A stretch of 47,627 nt of DNA from Chloroflexota bacterium (GCA_039933295.1 JBDTOJ010000034.1:1-47627); one strand, 5' to 3'; shown: positions 27,332-36,608, counted from the stretch's first letter. Notes: generated from the letters alone by a model not told the origin. Program-made: numbers and translations.

Positions 27332-27383
27332 TCGCATGTTGGCCGCGTCCTCGACAAGCTCGGCGTCCGTGAGCTCAAATGGC

Positions 27384-27460
27384 TGGCGCGCCCGGAGGGA
27401 TTCGAACCCCCGACCCTCTGATCCGAAGTCAGATGCTCTAATCCACTGAGCTACGGGCGC
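27384..27460 (-). tRNA. tRNA-Arg (anticodon TCG)
   Basis: 77 nt GCGCCCG...CGGGCGC-G-CCA cloverleaf; anticodon arm TCTGA-CTTCGGA-TCAGA; GGTTCGAATCC T-arm; encoded CCA; TG-c-TG-TACCCT promoter-like sequence upstream. Confidence 0.97.
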
Positions 27461-27681
27461 GCGGATGGGTAGGGTACAGCACCGTTCCGGGACGGCCCGA
27501 CTCCGCGGCCGCCACCGAAACCGGCGCCGGCTCCCCGGCCTCGTGGTCCGATGCCCTCGCGGGCAAGTTCGTGATGGTCATGCCGACGACGACGATCGCT
27601 TTCACGAGGCACTTCAACACGCCGCACTAGGGCTGCGAGGCGCTGAGGCGACCGAGCGGACCGCAGGGTCGCGACGCCGCC

Positions 27682-27707
27682 GGAACCTTTCGTCGACGTC
27701 GCGCGTA
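27682..27707 (+). promoter_or_regulatory. ECF sigma-type promoter candidate
   Basis: GGAACC-N16-CGTA upstream of the FtsX operon. Confidence 0.5.
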
Positions 27708-27714
27708 CCTTGAG

Positions 27715-30700
27715 ATGTCCGGTTCTCGACCGGGCCGTTGGTGGCCTGCCTGCCCCCGCGTCGAGCTGCCACCGTCGGGTAACGCCCGAACCACGAGGGA
27801 GGTCGCGCTGCTGCGCTCGATCGGCCTTTGGCGCACGGTCGTCGTGCGGTTCCGCGCGGACTGGGCCGTCGTGGTTGCCGCGTGGGCGCTGTTGCTGTGT
27901 GCCACGACCCTCCTGACCGCCGGAACCCTGTACGGCGACACGGTCGCGCTCGGTGGGATTCGGGCAGCGATAGACGATGCGCCACCTGCCGATCGGTCCA
28001 TCGTGGTTCGGACCACGGCGCTCGCATCCGCCGTCCAGGGTCTCGACGGCCCGATCCGCTCCGAGCTGAACCGCACCATCGACCGATCGGGCGGAGAAGT
28101 CGTGGCGATGATCCGGACCGACCCGTTCGCCCCCGCGGCGGCCGATCCCGCAACCGTGACGACCTTGATCGGAGTCGCCGCGTACGAGGGCATCGAGCGA
28201 CACGCCGTGATCGGGGATGGACGCTGGGCCGTCGCCGGCGCCGAAATCCACGAAGCCACGCTCGCCCTGGGTGCCGCTTCAGCTCTCGACGTTCACGTGG
28301 GCGACGTGCTCGATCTCGTGGGTCGACTGGATTCATCCCTCCACGTGCGCATCGCGATTGTGGGGACGTGGAGCCCTGACCCGAATGATCCCTACTGGCT
28401 CGCCAAGGCGCAGGACATCGACGGGGTCAGCTCCAGCGGCACGTTCACGACTGCCGGTCCGCTCATGGTGCCGTCCGCCGACCTCGCGCCCGGCACATTC
28501 GGATCCCGCCTGGGCCTCGAGTGGCGCGCAGTGCCCGATTCCGCGGGCTTCCGACTCGATGATCTCGACGCCATCCGTGCCAGCGCAAACGCTGTCCCGG
28601 GCCGACTCGGCGTCGCCCTGCCGGGGATTCAGATCCGCGTCGAAACACGACTCGGCGACATCCTGGCCGCCGTGACCCAGTCTGCCCTGGTGAGCCGGAC
28701 CGGGGTCCTCCTCCTCGTGCTCCAGTTCGCGGTCCTTGCCGCCTACGCGATTATCCTCGTCGCGGGCATGCTCGCGGATCGCCGCCGAGCCGAGACGGCC
28801 CTCATGCGATCTCGCGGCGCCTCCTCGCTCCATCTCGCCCTGATGACCCTGTTCGAGGCGGGACTGCTGGCCGGCCTCGCCGTTCTTGCTGCGCCATTCC
28901 TGGCCCTCGGCGCCGTCCGCTGGCTCGGCGGCAACGGACCGCTCGCGAGTTCCGGGATCGGCTCGGACGTGACCCTCAGCTCCGATGCCATCGTCGTCGA
29001 CGTGCTCACCGGGGTGGCATGTGTCATCGCGCTGACGATCCCCATGCTCGGCGGCCTCGGCAGTCTCGCCGGCGTGCGCGCGGCGATCTCCCGCCAGACC
29101 GGCCGAACGCTCGCTCAGCGCCTCGGGCTCGACCTCGCCCTGGTCGTGGCGGCCGGCATCGCGTTGTGGCAACTCCGCCTCTACGGCACACCGCTGGCCC
29201 GCAACGCTCGCGGAATCCTCGGCGTAGATCCGCTCCTCGTCGCGGCGCCAGGGATCGGTCTCCTGGCCGGCGCCGTCGTTGCCACCAGGATCATCCCGCG
29301 CATCGCAGAACTCGCCGAACGGATCCTGCAACGAAACCGAGGGCTGGTCGGCGCCATGGGTGGGCGCGGCATCGCCCGCCGCCCTCTTCGATACACCCGC
29401 TCGGCCCTGCTCCTGATGCTCGCGGCGGCCCTTGGAACCTTCGCGACGGCGCACGTCGCCACCTGGACGCGTTCCCAGGGCGATCAGGCCGCTTACCAGG
29501 CGGGAGCCGATCTGCGGATGATCCCGTCCCAGCGCGCCATCGCTGACCTGACGATCGCGGGATCCCTGCGCGGGATCGATGGCACTGAATCCGTGATGGC
29601 CGTCGATCGCCTCACGGTCGATTCCGGACGCGCCGTCCGAAGTGGTGCGTTGCTCGCGGTCGACGCCGCGCGCGCCGCTTCGATCGTGGCCTCGACCCCG
29701 AATCTCGACGGTGCGAATCGATCCGCGCTGTTGGCGGCACTGGCCGCTGCGCGCCCGGCTCCGATCGGCGTGCCGCTGCCCGACACGGCGCGACAGCTCC
29801 GGATCCTGCTCACCACCCAGCTCCAGCCGGCCTTCTACGATCCAGATGTCCAGCCACCGGATCTGACGGCGTTCGGCGGCGCCCGGGTGGGATTCGTCAT
29901 CGCGGATGGCGATGGGCGCCTGTTCCGGGTGTCTGCGGCGGGCTCGGGGTTCCTGTCGGGCAACGATCAGCCGATGAGCATCGAGCTCCCGGGCGCGGCG
30001 ACCCGTCCGATCCATCTCGAGGCCATCGACCTGAGCCTCGTGGCGCCTGCGGGCTTCGTCGCGACCGGCACCGTCGAGGTGACCGCCATCGAGATATCAG
30101 GGAGTGACCCACGCCTGGCCACGCCTGGCGACTGGGCGAAGGCTGGACTCCAACCCGACGATCCGGATTGGAGCTGGCGTGTGACCTACGGGAGCGAGCC
30201 GCCGGCTCCCGTGCGGACCGCCGCCGGGGCGCCCTGGCGGATCAATGTCGGCGAGGGTGAACCGGCGATCGATCCACTCTTCGCGGGCAACTTGACCGTG
30301 CTGCGTCTGGCCGTCGCGACACCGACGGCCCCCGTGCCGGCGATCGCAAGCCGTCTGTTCCTCGAGGGCACGGGGTCTGCTGTCGGCGATACGGTGACCG
30401 CGACCTTCGGCGCCACACGCCCCATCCGGATCATCGGTGTTGCCGATACCTTCCCGACCGTGGATCCGACTCAGCCGTTCCTGGTCGTGGACGGCCCGAC
30501 GCTCGTCGCCGCCAACTTTGCGACGGCCTCCGCCATTTCCAGCCCAACCGAATGGTGGATTGCCACATCGTCAGCGGATACCGTCGGGGCCTCGATACGG
30601 ACAAAGGTGGACCCGGCGGCGGTGGTGATCTCTCGCGCGAGTCTTGAACAGAACCTGCTCACCGATCCCGTGCCCCTCGGCGTTATCGGTGTTCTGAGTC

Positions 30701-31104
30701 TCGGTTCGGTTGCCGCGATGCTCTTCGCGGCGATCGGCTTTGTCGTTGCCGCCACGATCTCCACCCGGGAGCGACTCGGCGAGTTCGCGCTGCTACGCGC
30801 CCTCGGTCTGTCGGCCCGCGAACTGTCCGGGTGGTTGTGGCTGGAGAACGCCTTTCTCCTCGTGATCGGGACCGGTGGCGGGCTGCTCCTCGGGGCGCTG
30901 CTCGCCAATGTCGTCCTGCCGGTCTCAACCCTGACCTCGAATGGGGCGCCGGCGATTCCGCCGCCCATCGTTGAACTCCCGCTGTCGGCGATGGCCCCGG
31001 TGCTCATCGTTGCAGGCATCGTCTTCGCGCTCACCATCCTCGTCCTGCGCCGGCAACTCCTCCAGGTTCGCGTCGGCGACGTCCTTCGAGGTCGTGACGA
31101 ATGA
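27715..31104 (+). CDS. large FtsX/MacB-like ABC transporter permease 1
   Basis: RRAETALMRSRGAS and RLGEFALLRALG FtsX motifs with two large extracellular loops; start may be CTG 27808 after GGGAGG. Confidence 0.9.
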   Translation: MSGSRPGRWWPACPRVELPPSGNARTTREVALLRSIGLWRTVVVRFRADWAVVVAAWALLLCATTLLTAGTLYGDTVALGGIRAAIDDAPPADRSIVVRTTALASAVQGLDGPIRSELNRTIDRSGGEVVAMIRTDPFAPAAADPATVTTLIGVAAYEGIERHAVIGDGRWAVAGAEIHEATLALGAASALDVHVGDVLDLVGRLDSSLHVRIAIVGTWSPDPNDPYWLAKAQDIDGVSSSGTFTTAGPLMVPSADLAPGTFGSRLGLEWRAVPDSAGFRLDDLDAIRASANAVPGRLGVALPGIQIRVETRLGDILAAVTQSALVSRTGVLLLVLQFAVLAAYAIILVAGMLADRRRAETALMRSRGASSLHLALMTLFEAGLLAGLAVLAAPFLALGAVRWLGGNGPLASSGIGSDVTLSSDAIVVDVLTGVACVIALTIPMLGGLGSLAGVRAAISRQTGRTLAQRLGLDLALVVAAGIALWQLRLYGTPLARNARGILGVDPLLVAAPGIGLLAGAVVATRIIPRIAELAERILQRNRGLVGAMGGRGIARRPLRYTRSALLLMLAAALGTFATAHVATWTRSQGDQAAYQAGADLRMIPSQRAIADLTIAGSLRGIDGTESVMAVDRLTVDSGRAVRSGALLAVDAARAASIVASTPNLDGANRSALLAALAAARPAPIGVPLPDTARQLRILLTTQLQPAFYDPDVQPPDLTAFGGARVGFVIADGDGRLFRVSAAGSGFLSGNDQPMSIELPGAATRPIHLEAIDLSLVAPAGFVATGTVEVTAIEISGSDPRLATPGDWAKAGLQPDDPDWSWRVTYGSEPPAPVRTAAGAPWRINVGEGEPAIDPLFAGNLTVLRLAVATPTAPVPAIASRLFLEGTGSAVGDTVTATFGATRPIRIIGVADTFPTVDPTQPFLVVDGPTLVAANFATASAISSPTEWWIATSSADTVGASIRTKVDPAAVVISRASLEQNLLTDPVPLGVIGVLSLGSVAAMLFAAIGFVVAATISTRERLGEFALLRALGLSARELSGWLWLENAFLLVIGTGGGLLLGALLANVVLPVSTLTSNGAPAIPPPIVELPLSAMAPVLIVAGIVFALTILVLRRQLLQVRVGDVLRGRDE

Positions 31105-33863
31105 TCGCGTGGGTCCGAGCGTCGCTGAGCCGGTTGCGTGATGAACGCCTGTCCGCCGTCGGGCTCGCCGTCCTCGTGTTCGCGACAGCCCTCGCGGCCG
31201 CGGCCGCGCCGCGCCTCGAGACTCGTGTCGCGGATGGCGCGCTCCTCGAGACGGTCCGGCGCGCCGAGCCCGCACAGCAGAACCTCCAGTGGCTGCGCGA
31301 AGACCGATTCGACGCCGGCGGCGCCGACCCACTCAGGGCGGTGCAGGTGATATCAGATGACCTCCACGCACTGCTGCCGGAATCGGTGGCCGCCCTGGTG
31401 AACGATCGATCATGGTCGATTGATTCCGGCCGATCGAAGTTGCCCGAAGTCGGCGGTGACCCGGCGACGATGCGCCTCCGTATTTGGCCCGACGCGATCT
31501 CGCACCTGACGCTCCAGGCCGGCCAATGGCCCACCGGCGACACCGTCCAGGCGCCAGATCGCACGTCGACGGAGGCCAATCAGCCGCAGGCTACGTTCTT
31601 CGAGGTTGCCCTCTCGACGAAAACGGCAACGGCGATCGGCGTCAAGGTCGGCGACACCCTGATGCTGGTGCTCGACGGGTCAGACCCACTGGTCGGTCGG
31701 GGACGACCGTCGGTCATGGGCGTCACGATCGTCGGGACCTACGAGGTCAACGACCCCATCGATCCGTGGTGGCTCGGGGGCCTCGAGATGGATCGCCCAT
31801 CGGAACGGGCGCTAGGCGGCGACCTGCGGATCACCGATACGTTCGCCCTGCTCGCGCCAGAGGCCTATGGGCAGCTCCTCAAGATCACGGACCAGGCCTT
31901 CATCCCGCTCCGCTACACGTTCCGCGAGTACGTCGATCCAACGCGACTCTCGGCCTCTTCGGTCGGTCCGACGCTCCAGGATCTCAAGCGCCTCGAGGTC
32001 GCGTACCCGTCCGTCAACGTGACGTTCAGCCAGGCGATTGCCCTTCGGACGGGGCTTCGGCCCATCCTCGAGGCGTTTCAGGGGCAATGGGCATCAGCAT
32101 CGACGCTGCTCGCGATCGGCGTGCTCGGACCGGCCGTGATCGCCGCTGCCGCACTCGCGCTTGTATCGATCCTCGCTGCGCAGCGGCGCCGCTCGGCTCT
32201 GGCACTCGCGCGAGGGCGTGGGGCTTCTCTGGCGCAGGTGATCGTGGCCGTCACCGCCGAGGGCGTCCTGCTGTCGGCGCCCGCTGCCCTGGTCGCAACG
32301 GTCCTTGCCGTCGTCCTCGTGCCAGCCGGCCCGGTCGTTCCGAGTATCGTGGCAGCGTTGGCCGTGGCGCTGATCGCGGTCGGACTGTTGGTCATCGCGA
32401 CCGTCCCCGGCACGGGCGGACACGGTTTCGGCCCGGGCCGCGAGCTGAGCGCTCCGCGCCGTCCGACGGCACGCCGTCTCATCCTGGAGGGCTTCCTCGT
32501 GTTCCTCGCGGTCGGCACCGCCGTGCTCCTTCGCGATCGCGGCATTCGAGGCGCCAGCGCGGCTGGACAGTTGACGCAGGCGGATCCGCTGATGGCCGCA
32601 GTCCCAGCCCTCATCGGGTTCGCGGCCGGCGTGATCGCCGTGCGACTCCTCCCCGTTCCGGTTCGGATGGTCGCCTGGCTGGCCCGGCGACGCCGGGATC
32701 TGGTCCCGTTCCTGGCGCTGCGACACTCGGCGCAGGCCGCAACGTCGGGTGCGATCCTCGTGGTCCTGCTCGCCACCGCGACCATCGCCACGTTCGGTGC
32801 CGCGATCCTCGTCCACATCGAGCGGGTATCGGAGGCGGCCGCATGGCGCTCAGTCGGCGCCGCGTATCGGATCGATAACAGCGTCGGAGCGCTGCGGTCC
32901 GGTTTCGACCCCGAAGCGCTCCCCGGCGTCGAAGCGGCGGCGCTCGCGTATCGGGCCGCGATCGCGGTGGGTCCGCGGAGCCTCCGTGTCGACTTCGTGG
33001 CCATCGCGGCCGATGACTACGATCGCGTCGTCGCCGGGACGCCTGCCGAAGCTGATCTGCCCGTTGATCTGTTCGCGGCCAATCCTGCGGTGATCCCCGT
33101 GGTTGTCTCGAGCTCGGTCGCCGATCGGCCGGACGGCCTCAAGTTCGGTGCTTCGTCCACGATCAACCTCGAGGGCCATCCGGTCCCGGTGCAGGTCGTT
33201 GCAGTTCGAGACGAACTTCCGGGGCTGTCCAAGTCCGGGCTCTTTGTCCTGGCCTCGCGAGACCAGATTAAGGCCATGCTGCCGGACATCTCGCTGCAGC
33301 CGTCGATCGCGTTCCTCCGGGCGCCGGATTCGAGCGCTGATGCGATCCACGCTGCCATTCGCGACCGGGTCCCGATCGGGACGACCGTGACTGCCCGCGC
33401 CGAGGTAACGCGCCTCCTGCGCGAATCACCGGCGAGCCAGGCCGTCATCACCGGCATCACGGCCGCCTCTGTTCTGGCCATGATCTACGCAGCTCTCGCC
33501 GTTGCAGCGGCCCTGGCGCTCGCGGGCGCGGCGCGCGCGAGCGAAATTGCGCATCTGCGGACCCTGGGGCTGACCAGCCGACAGGCGACCGGGCTGATCC
33601 TTGTGGAACACGGACCGACCGTGGCGGCCGCGTTCCTCGCCGGCATCGGCCTGGGCATTGCCCTGCTCGGCATCCTCCGGGATGGCCTCGGGATCGATGC
33701 GCTGGTCGGATCCGCCCCGAACGTCCCGATCGGACTCGAACCGGCTCAACTTGTTCTGGTGCTCGCCGGTATTGTCGCCGTGGTCGCCGTTGGCCTCGGT
33801 CTTGGCTCCTGGATCCAACGGAGAGCGGCGCCGATCGCCGCGTTACGACGAGGGTTCGAATGA
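31101..33863 (+). CDS. large FtsX/MacB-like ABC transporter permease 2
   Basis: RRSALALARGRGAS and RASEIAHLRTLG motifs; ATGA overlap. Confidence 0.9.
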   Translation: MIAWVRASLSRLRDERLSAVGLAVLVFATALAAAAAPRLETRVADGALLETVRRAEPAQQNLQWLREDRFDAGGADPLRAVQVISDDLHALLPESVAALVNDRSWSIDSGRSKLPEVGGDPATMRLRIWPDAISHLTLQAGQWPTGDTVQAPDRTSTEANQPQATFFEVALSTKTATAIGVKVGDTLMLVLDGSDPLVGRGRPSVMGVTIVGTYEVNDPIDPWWLGGLEMDRPSERALGGDLRITDTFALLAPEAYGQLLKITDQAFIPLRYTFREYVDPTRLSASSVGPTLQDLKRLEVAYPSVNVTFSQAIALRTGLRPILEAFQGQWASASTLLAIGVLGPAVIAAAALALVSILAAQRRRSALALARGRGASLAQVIVAVTAEGVLLSAPAALVATVLAVVLVPAGPVVPSIVAALAVALIAVGLLVIATVPGTGGHGFGPGRELSAPRRPTARRLILEGFLVFLAVGTAVLLRDRGIRGASAAGQLTQADPLMAAVPALIGFAAGVIAVRLLPVPVRMVAWLARRRRDLVPFLALRHSAQAATSGAILVVLLATATIATFGAAILVHIERVSEAAAWRSVGAAYRIDNSVGALRSGFDPEALPGVEAAALAYRAAIAVGPRSLRVDFVAIAADDYDRVVAGTPAEADLPVDLFAANPAVIPVVVSSSVADRPDGLKFGASSTINLEGHPVPVQVVAVRDELPGLSKSGLFVLASRDQIKAMLPDISLQPSIAFLRAPDSSADAIHAAIRDRVPIGTTVTARAEVTRLLRESPASQAVITGITAASVLAMIYAALAVAAALALAGAARASEIAHLRTLGLTSRQATGLILVEHGPTVAAAFLAGIGLGIALLGILRDGLGIDALVGSAPNVPIGLEPAQLVLVLAGIVAVVAVGLGLGSWIQRRAAPIAALRRGFE

Positions 33864-34900
33864 GTGATATCCCGAGGATCGGCTCCAACCCCGATGACGC
33901 TCCAATCGTCGAGGACCTCCCCACCGCAGGCAGAACGGCAACGTCGAGCGTGGCAACCCACGACGGCTCCGAGCGAATCACTCCGCGGACTCCCACTCCG
34001 TCGTCCCGAGGACGCTTCGGCGACGGAGCGCTGATCGCCTGTGACAACCTCGTCCGGATTTACAAGGTCGCCGATCTCGAGGTCGTGGCACTCCAGGGGC
34101 TCGATCTCCTGGTGGAGCATCGGGAGATCGTCGCGATCGTCGGGGCCTCCGGCTCGGGCAAGTCAACGCTGCTCAACATCCTCGGAGGACTCGATGCCCC
34201 GTCGGCCGGACGCGCAGTCGTCGACGGGCACGACCTCGGCCAGATGGGACGCCGAGAACGGACGCGCTACCGGCGCAACGTCGTTGGTGTCGTCTGGCAG
34301 CAGACGGCCCGGAACCTGCTGCCGTATCTCACGGCACGCGAGAACGTCGAGTTGCCGATGATCCTCGATGGAGCCAGGGATCGCGGAACGCGAGCGCTCG
34401 CGCTCCTCGAGACCGTCGGCCTGGCGGGTCGGGCCGACCATCGCCCGGATCGGCTGTCCGGCGGGGAACAGCAACGTGTCGCGATCGCCGTGGCCCTTGC
34501 CAATCAGCCCAACGTGCTCCTGGCGGACGAACCCACGGGCGAGCTCGACAGCGCGACATCGGCCGAGATCTTCGGCCTCCTCCGACAGGTCAATGCGGAT
34601 CTCGGGACCACGATCGTCATCGTGACCCACGATTCGCAAGTCGCCGAGCAGGTGCAGCGGACGGTTTCCATCCGGGATGGTCGCACCAGCACCGAGACGT
34701 TCCGACGGACCGAGCAGACCGAGGAAGGGGATCACAGGATCGTCGCCGAGGAATTCGCGGTCCTGGATCGGGCCGGGCGTCTTCAGCTGCCCAAGGCCCA
34801 CGTCGAGGCCCTCGAGCTGAAGCGCCGTGTGCGGCTTCGCCTGGAAGATGATCACGTCGGCGTCTGGCCGGACGAGAACCGAGAGGAGCCGCCTGCATGA
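33860..34900 (+). CDS. LolD/MacB-type ABC ATPase with C-terminal AbrB-like extension
   Basis: GASGSGKST, LSGGEQQR, LADEPTG; tail EEFAVLDRAGRLQLPK...RVRLRLEDDHVGVWP. Confidence 0.92.
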   Translation: MSDIPRIGSNPDDAPIVEDLPTAGRTATSSVATHDGSERITPRTPTPSSRGRFGDGALIACDNLVRIYKVADLEVVALQGLDLLVEHREIVAIVGASGSGKSTLLNILGGLDAPSAGRAVVDGHDLGQMGRRERTRYRRNVVGVVWQQTARNLLPYLTARENVELPMILDGARDRGTRALALLETVGLAGRADHRPDRLSGGEQQRVAIAVALANQPNVLLADEPTGELDSATSAEIFGLLRQVNADLGTTIVIVTHDSQVAEQVQRTVSIRDGRTSTETFRRTEQTEEGDHRIVAEEFAVLDRAGRLQLPKAHVEALELKRRVRLRLEDDHVGVWPDENREEPPA

Positions 34901-35616
34901 CCGCCGATCTGGCCTCGCGCCGAGCCCCGACCCGCCCATCGGATGCGTTGGTCCGTGCTACCTCGCTGACCCGCGACTACCCATCCGGCGACGGGATCGT
35001 CCACGCGCTCCGCTGTATTGATCTGGCGGTTGGGCATGGGCAGCTCATCGCCGTACGCGGGCGCTCCGGGAGCGGCAAGACAACGCTCCTGAACCTGCTC
35101 GGCGGACTGGATCGGCCGACCTCCGGATCCGTTGTCGTTGACGGGCACGAGATCTCGGCCATGGACGAGGGTCAACTGGTCGACATCCGTCGACGGACGA
35201 TTGCGTTCATCTTCCAGTCATTCGGTCTCGTGCCGATCCTGACCGCCGCCGAGAACGTGGAGGTGCCCCTCCGACTCGTCCGTGCCGAGCCGCGCGAGCG
35301 CGACCGTCGGGTGGCTGAGCTGCTCGAGATCGTGGGGCTGCACGAACGGGCCCGCCATCGCCCCCACGAGCTATCGGGTGGCGAGCAGCAGCGCGTCGCG
35401 ATCGCCCGCGCTCTCGCCAATCGCCCGAAGCTGCTCCTCGCCGATGAGCCGACGGGTCAACTCGACTCGGAGACCGGGCATCGGATCATGCTCGTCCTGC
35501 GCCAGGTGGTCCGAGCGGAGGGGATCACCGCGGTCGTGGCGACGCACGATCCCCTCATGATGGATGTGGCCGATCGCATCGTTGAGTTGCACGACGGGGC
35601 GCTCGTGGAAGGGTGA
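34897..35616 (+). CDS. LolD/MacB-type ABC ATPase
   Basis: GRSGSGKTT, LSGGEQQR, LADEPTG, ATHD. Confidence 0.93.
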   Translation: MTADLASRRAPTRPSDALVRATSLTRDYPSGDGIVHALRCIDLAVGHGQLIAVRGRSGSGKTTLLNLLGGLDRPTSGSVVVDGHEISAMDEGQLVDIRRRTIAFIFQSFGLVPILTAAENVEVPLRLVRAEPRERDRRVAELLEIVGLHERARHRPHELSGGEQQRVAIARALANRPKLLLADEPTGQLDSETGHRIMLVLRQVVRAEGITAVVATHDPLMMDVADRIVELHDGALVEG

Positions 35617-35624
35617 GGGCCAAC

Positions 35625-35684
35625 GAAACCGGGCTCAAAACCGGGCTCGAAACCGGGCCCAAAACCGGGCTCAAAACCCGGCGC
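35625..35684. repeat. tandem repeat, 5 x 12 bp (consensus RAAACCGGGCTC)
   Basis: GAAACCGGGCTC, AAAACCGGGCTC, GAAACCGGGCCC, AAAACCGGGCTC, AAAACCCGGCGC. Confidence 0.9.
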
Positions 35685-35748
35685 GGCGTCCCCCGGAACG
35701 TGCGACTTGCATGTTGACAGGCCGCACCGCGAATATTCGCAGGTGCAG

Positions 35749-36603
35749 ATGGATCGCCGCTCCAACGGCCGCCGCCGCGGCACCCGCTCGCGGAGGCGTT
35801 TGTCAGCTGCGGTCCTGGCCGGGGCCGGCTTGTTCCTCGCAGCACCGCTCCTTGGGAGCTCCGCCCCGAGTCAGCAGATCCTGGGCGCCAGCGTCACTGC
35901 CGAGCCCTCTCCCGTGGCGACGGACGGCAAAACCACGGCACCGGAGCGTGAGGGCCCTGGCACATCGCTCGGTCGCCGGCGGCTGCCGGATCCGGCCGGT
36001 GAGCGGTCGTCACCAGGGGTCCGTCAGGCGCCGCTGCCCAGTACCTTGAACGGGTATCGATGGCCGATCCAGAACGCGCGCCTGACCCAACCATTTGGTC
36101 CGGCCACGGTTGGTTCCCGGGTGGTCGACGGCAAGCCATTCCACGACGGCCTCGATCTCGCGACGTTCTGTGGCGATTGGATCCGGGCGGCTCATGCCGG
36201 CACCGTGCTCGCGGCGGGTCGGCGTTTCGACGGGTACATGGGCTGGCTTGGTGACCTGACGGCCTACACCGCCCGGCTCGATGCCAAACACCTCTGGTTC
36301 ACCCTGCCCAACGTCGTGGTGATCGACGACGGCAACGGGTATCGGAGCATGTACGCCCATCTCAGGTACGTCGCGGTTGCCGCGGGCGACGTCGTGGATG
36401 CGGGTACCTACCTCGGGACCGAAGGGCGGACGGGCAACGCCAGCGGCTGCCACCTTCACTACGGGCTCTTCAGCCCGGATGCAGCGACGACGATCGGGAT
36501 CGACCCGGTCGTCTCGGCACACATGCTCCTGCCGAAGGAGGAACTTGCCCGGATTGACCCGCTCCTTGTGCTCCCGCCACCTGAGAGCGCCGGCATCCAC
36601 TGA
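35749..36603 (+). CDS. M23 family metallopeptidase, exported
   Basis: HDGLD, YAHL, GRTGNASGCHLHY; Arg-rich then hydrophobic N-terminus. Confidence 0.9.
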   Translation: MDRRSNGRRRGTRSRRRLSAAVLAGAGLFLAAPLLGSSAPSQQILGASVTAEPSPVATDGKTTAPEREGPGTSLGRRRLPDPAGERSSPGVRQAPLPSTLNGYRWPIQNARLTQPFGPATVGSRVVDGKPFHDGLDLATFCGDWIRAAHAGTVLAAGRRFDGYMGWLGDLTAYTARLDAKHLWFTLPNVVVIDDGNGYRSMYAHLRYVAVAAGDVVDAGTYLGTEGRTGNASGCHLHYGLFSPDAATTIGIDPVVSAHMLLPKEELARIDPLLVLPPPESAGIH

Positions 36604-36608
36604 CGCGC

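Larger units (their letters stand above)
26270..27407. mobile_element. tRNA-anchored mini-island or cassette without integrase
   Basis: About 1.1 kb bounded by the tRNA 3'-end direct repeat; carries one alpha/beta hydrolase gene. Confidence 0.55.

Noticed and set aside
27502-27630. Short + strand frame (SAAATETG...RHFNTPH-TAG) upstream of the tRNA
   Set aside because: Codon usage looks plausible but there is no start or SD at its 5' end and no recognisable family
35625-35684. Possible CRISPR array, or a (PGFE)n coding repeat on the minus strand
   Set aside because: Units are 12 bp, contiguous and spacerless, with no cas genes; the minus-strand ORF overlaps two real genes antisense
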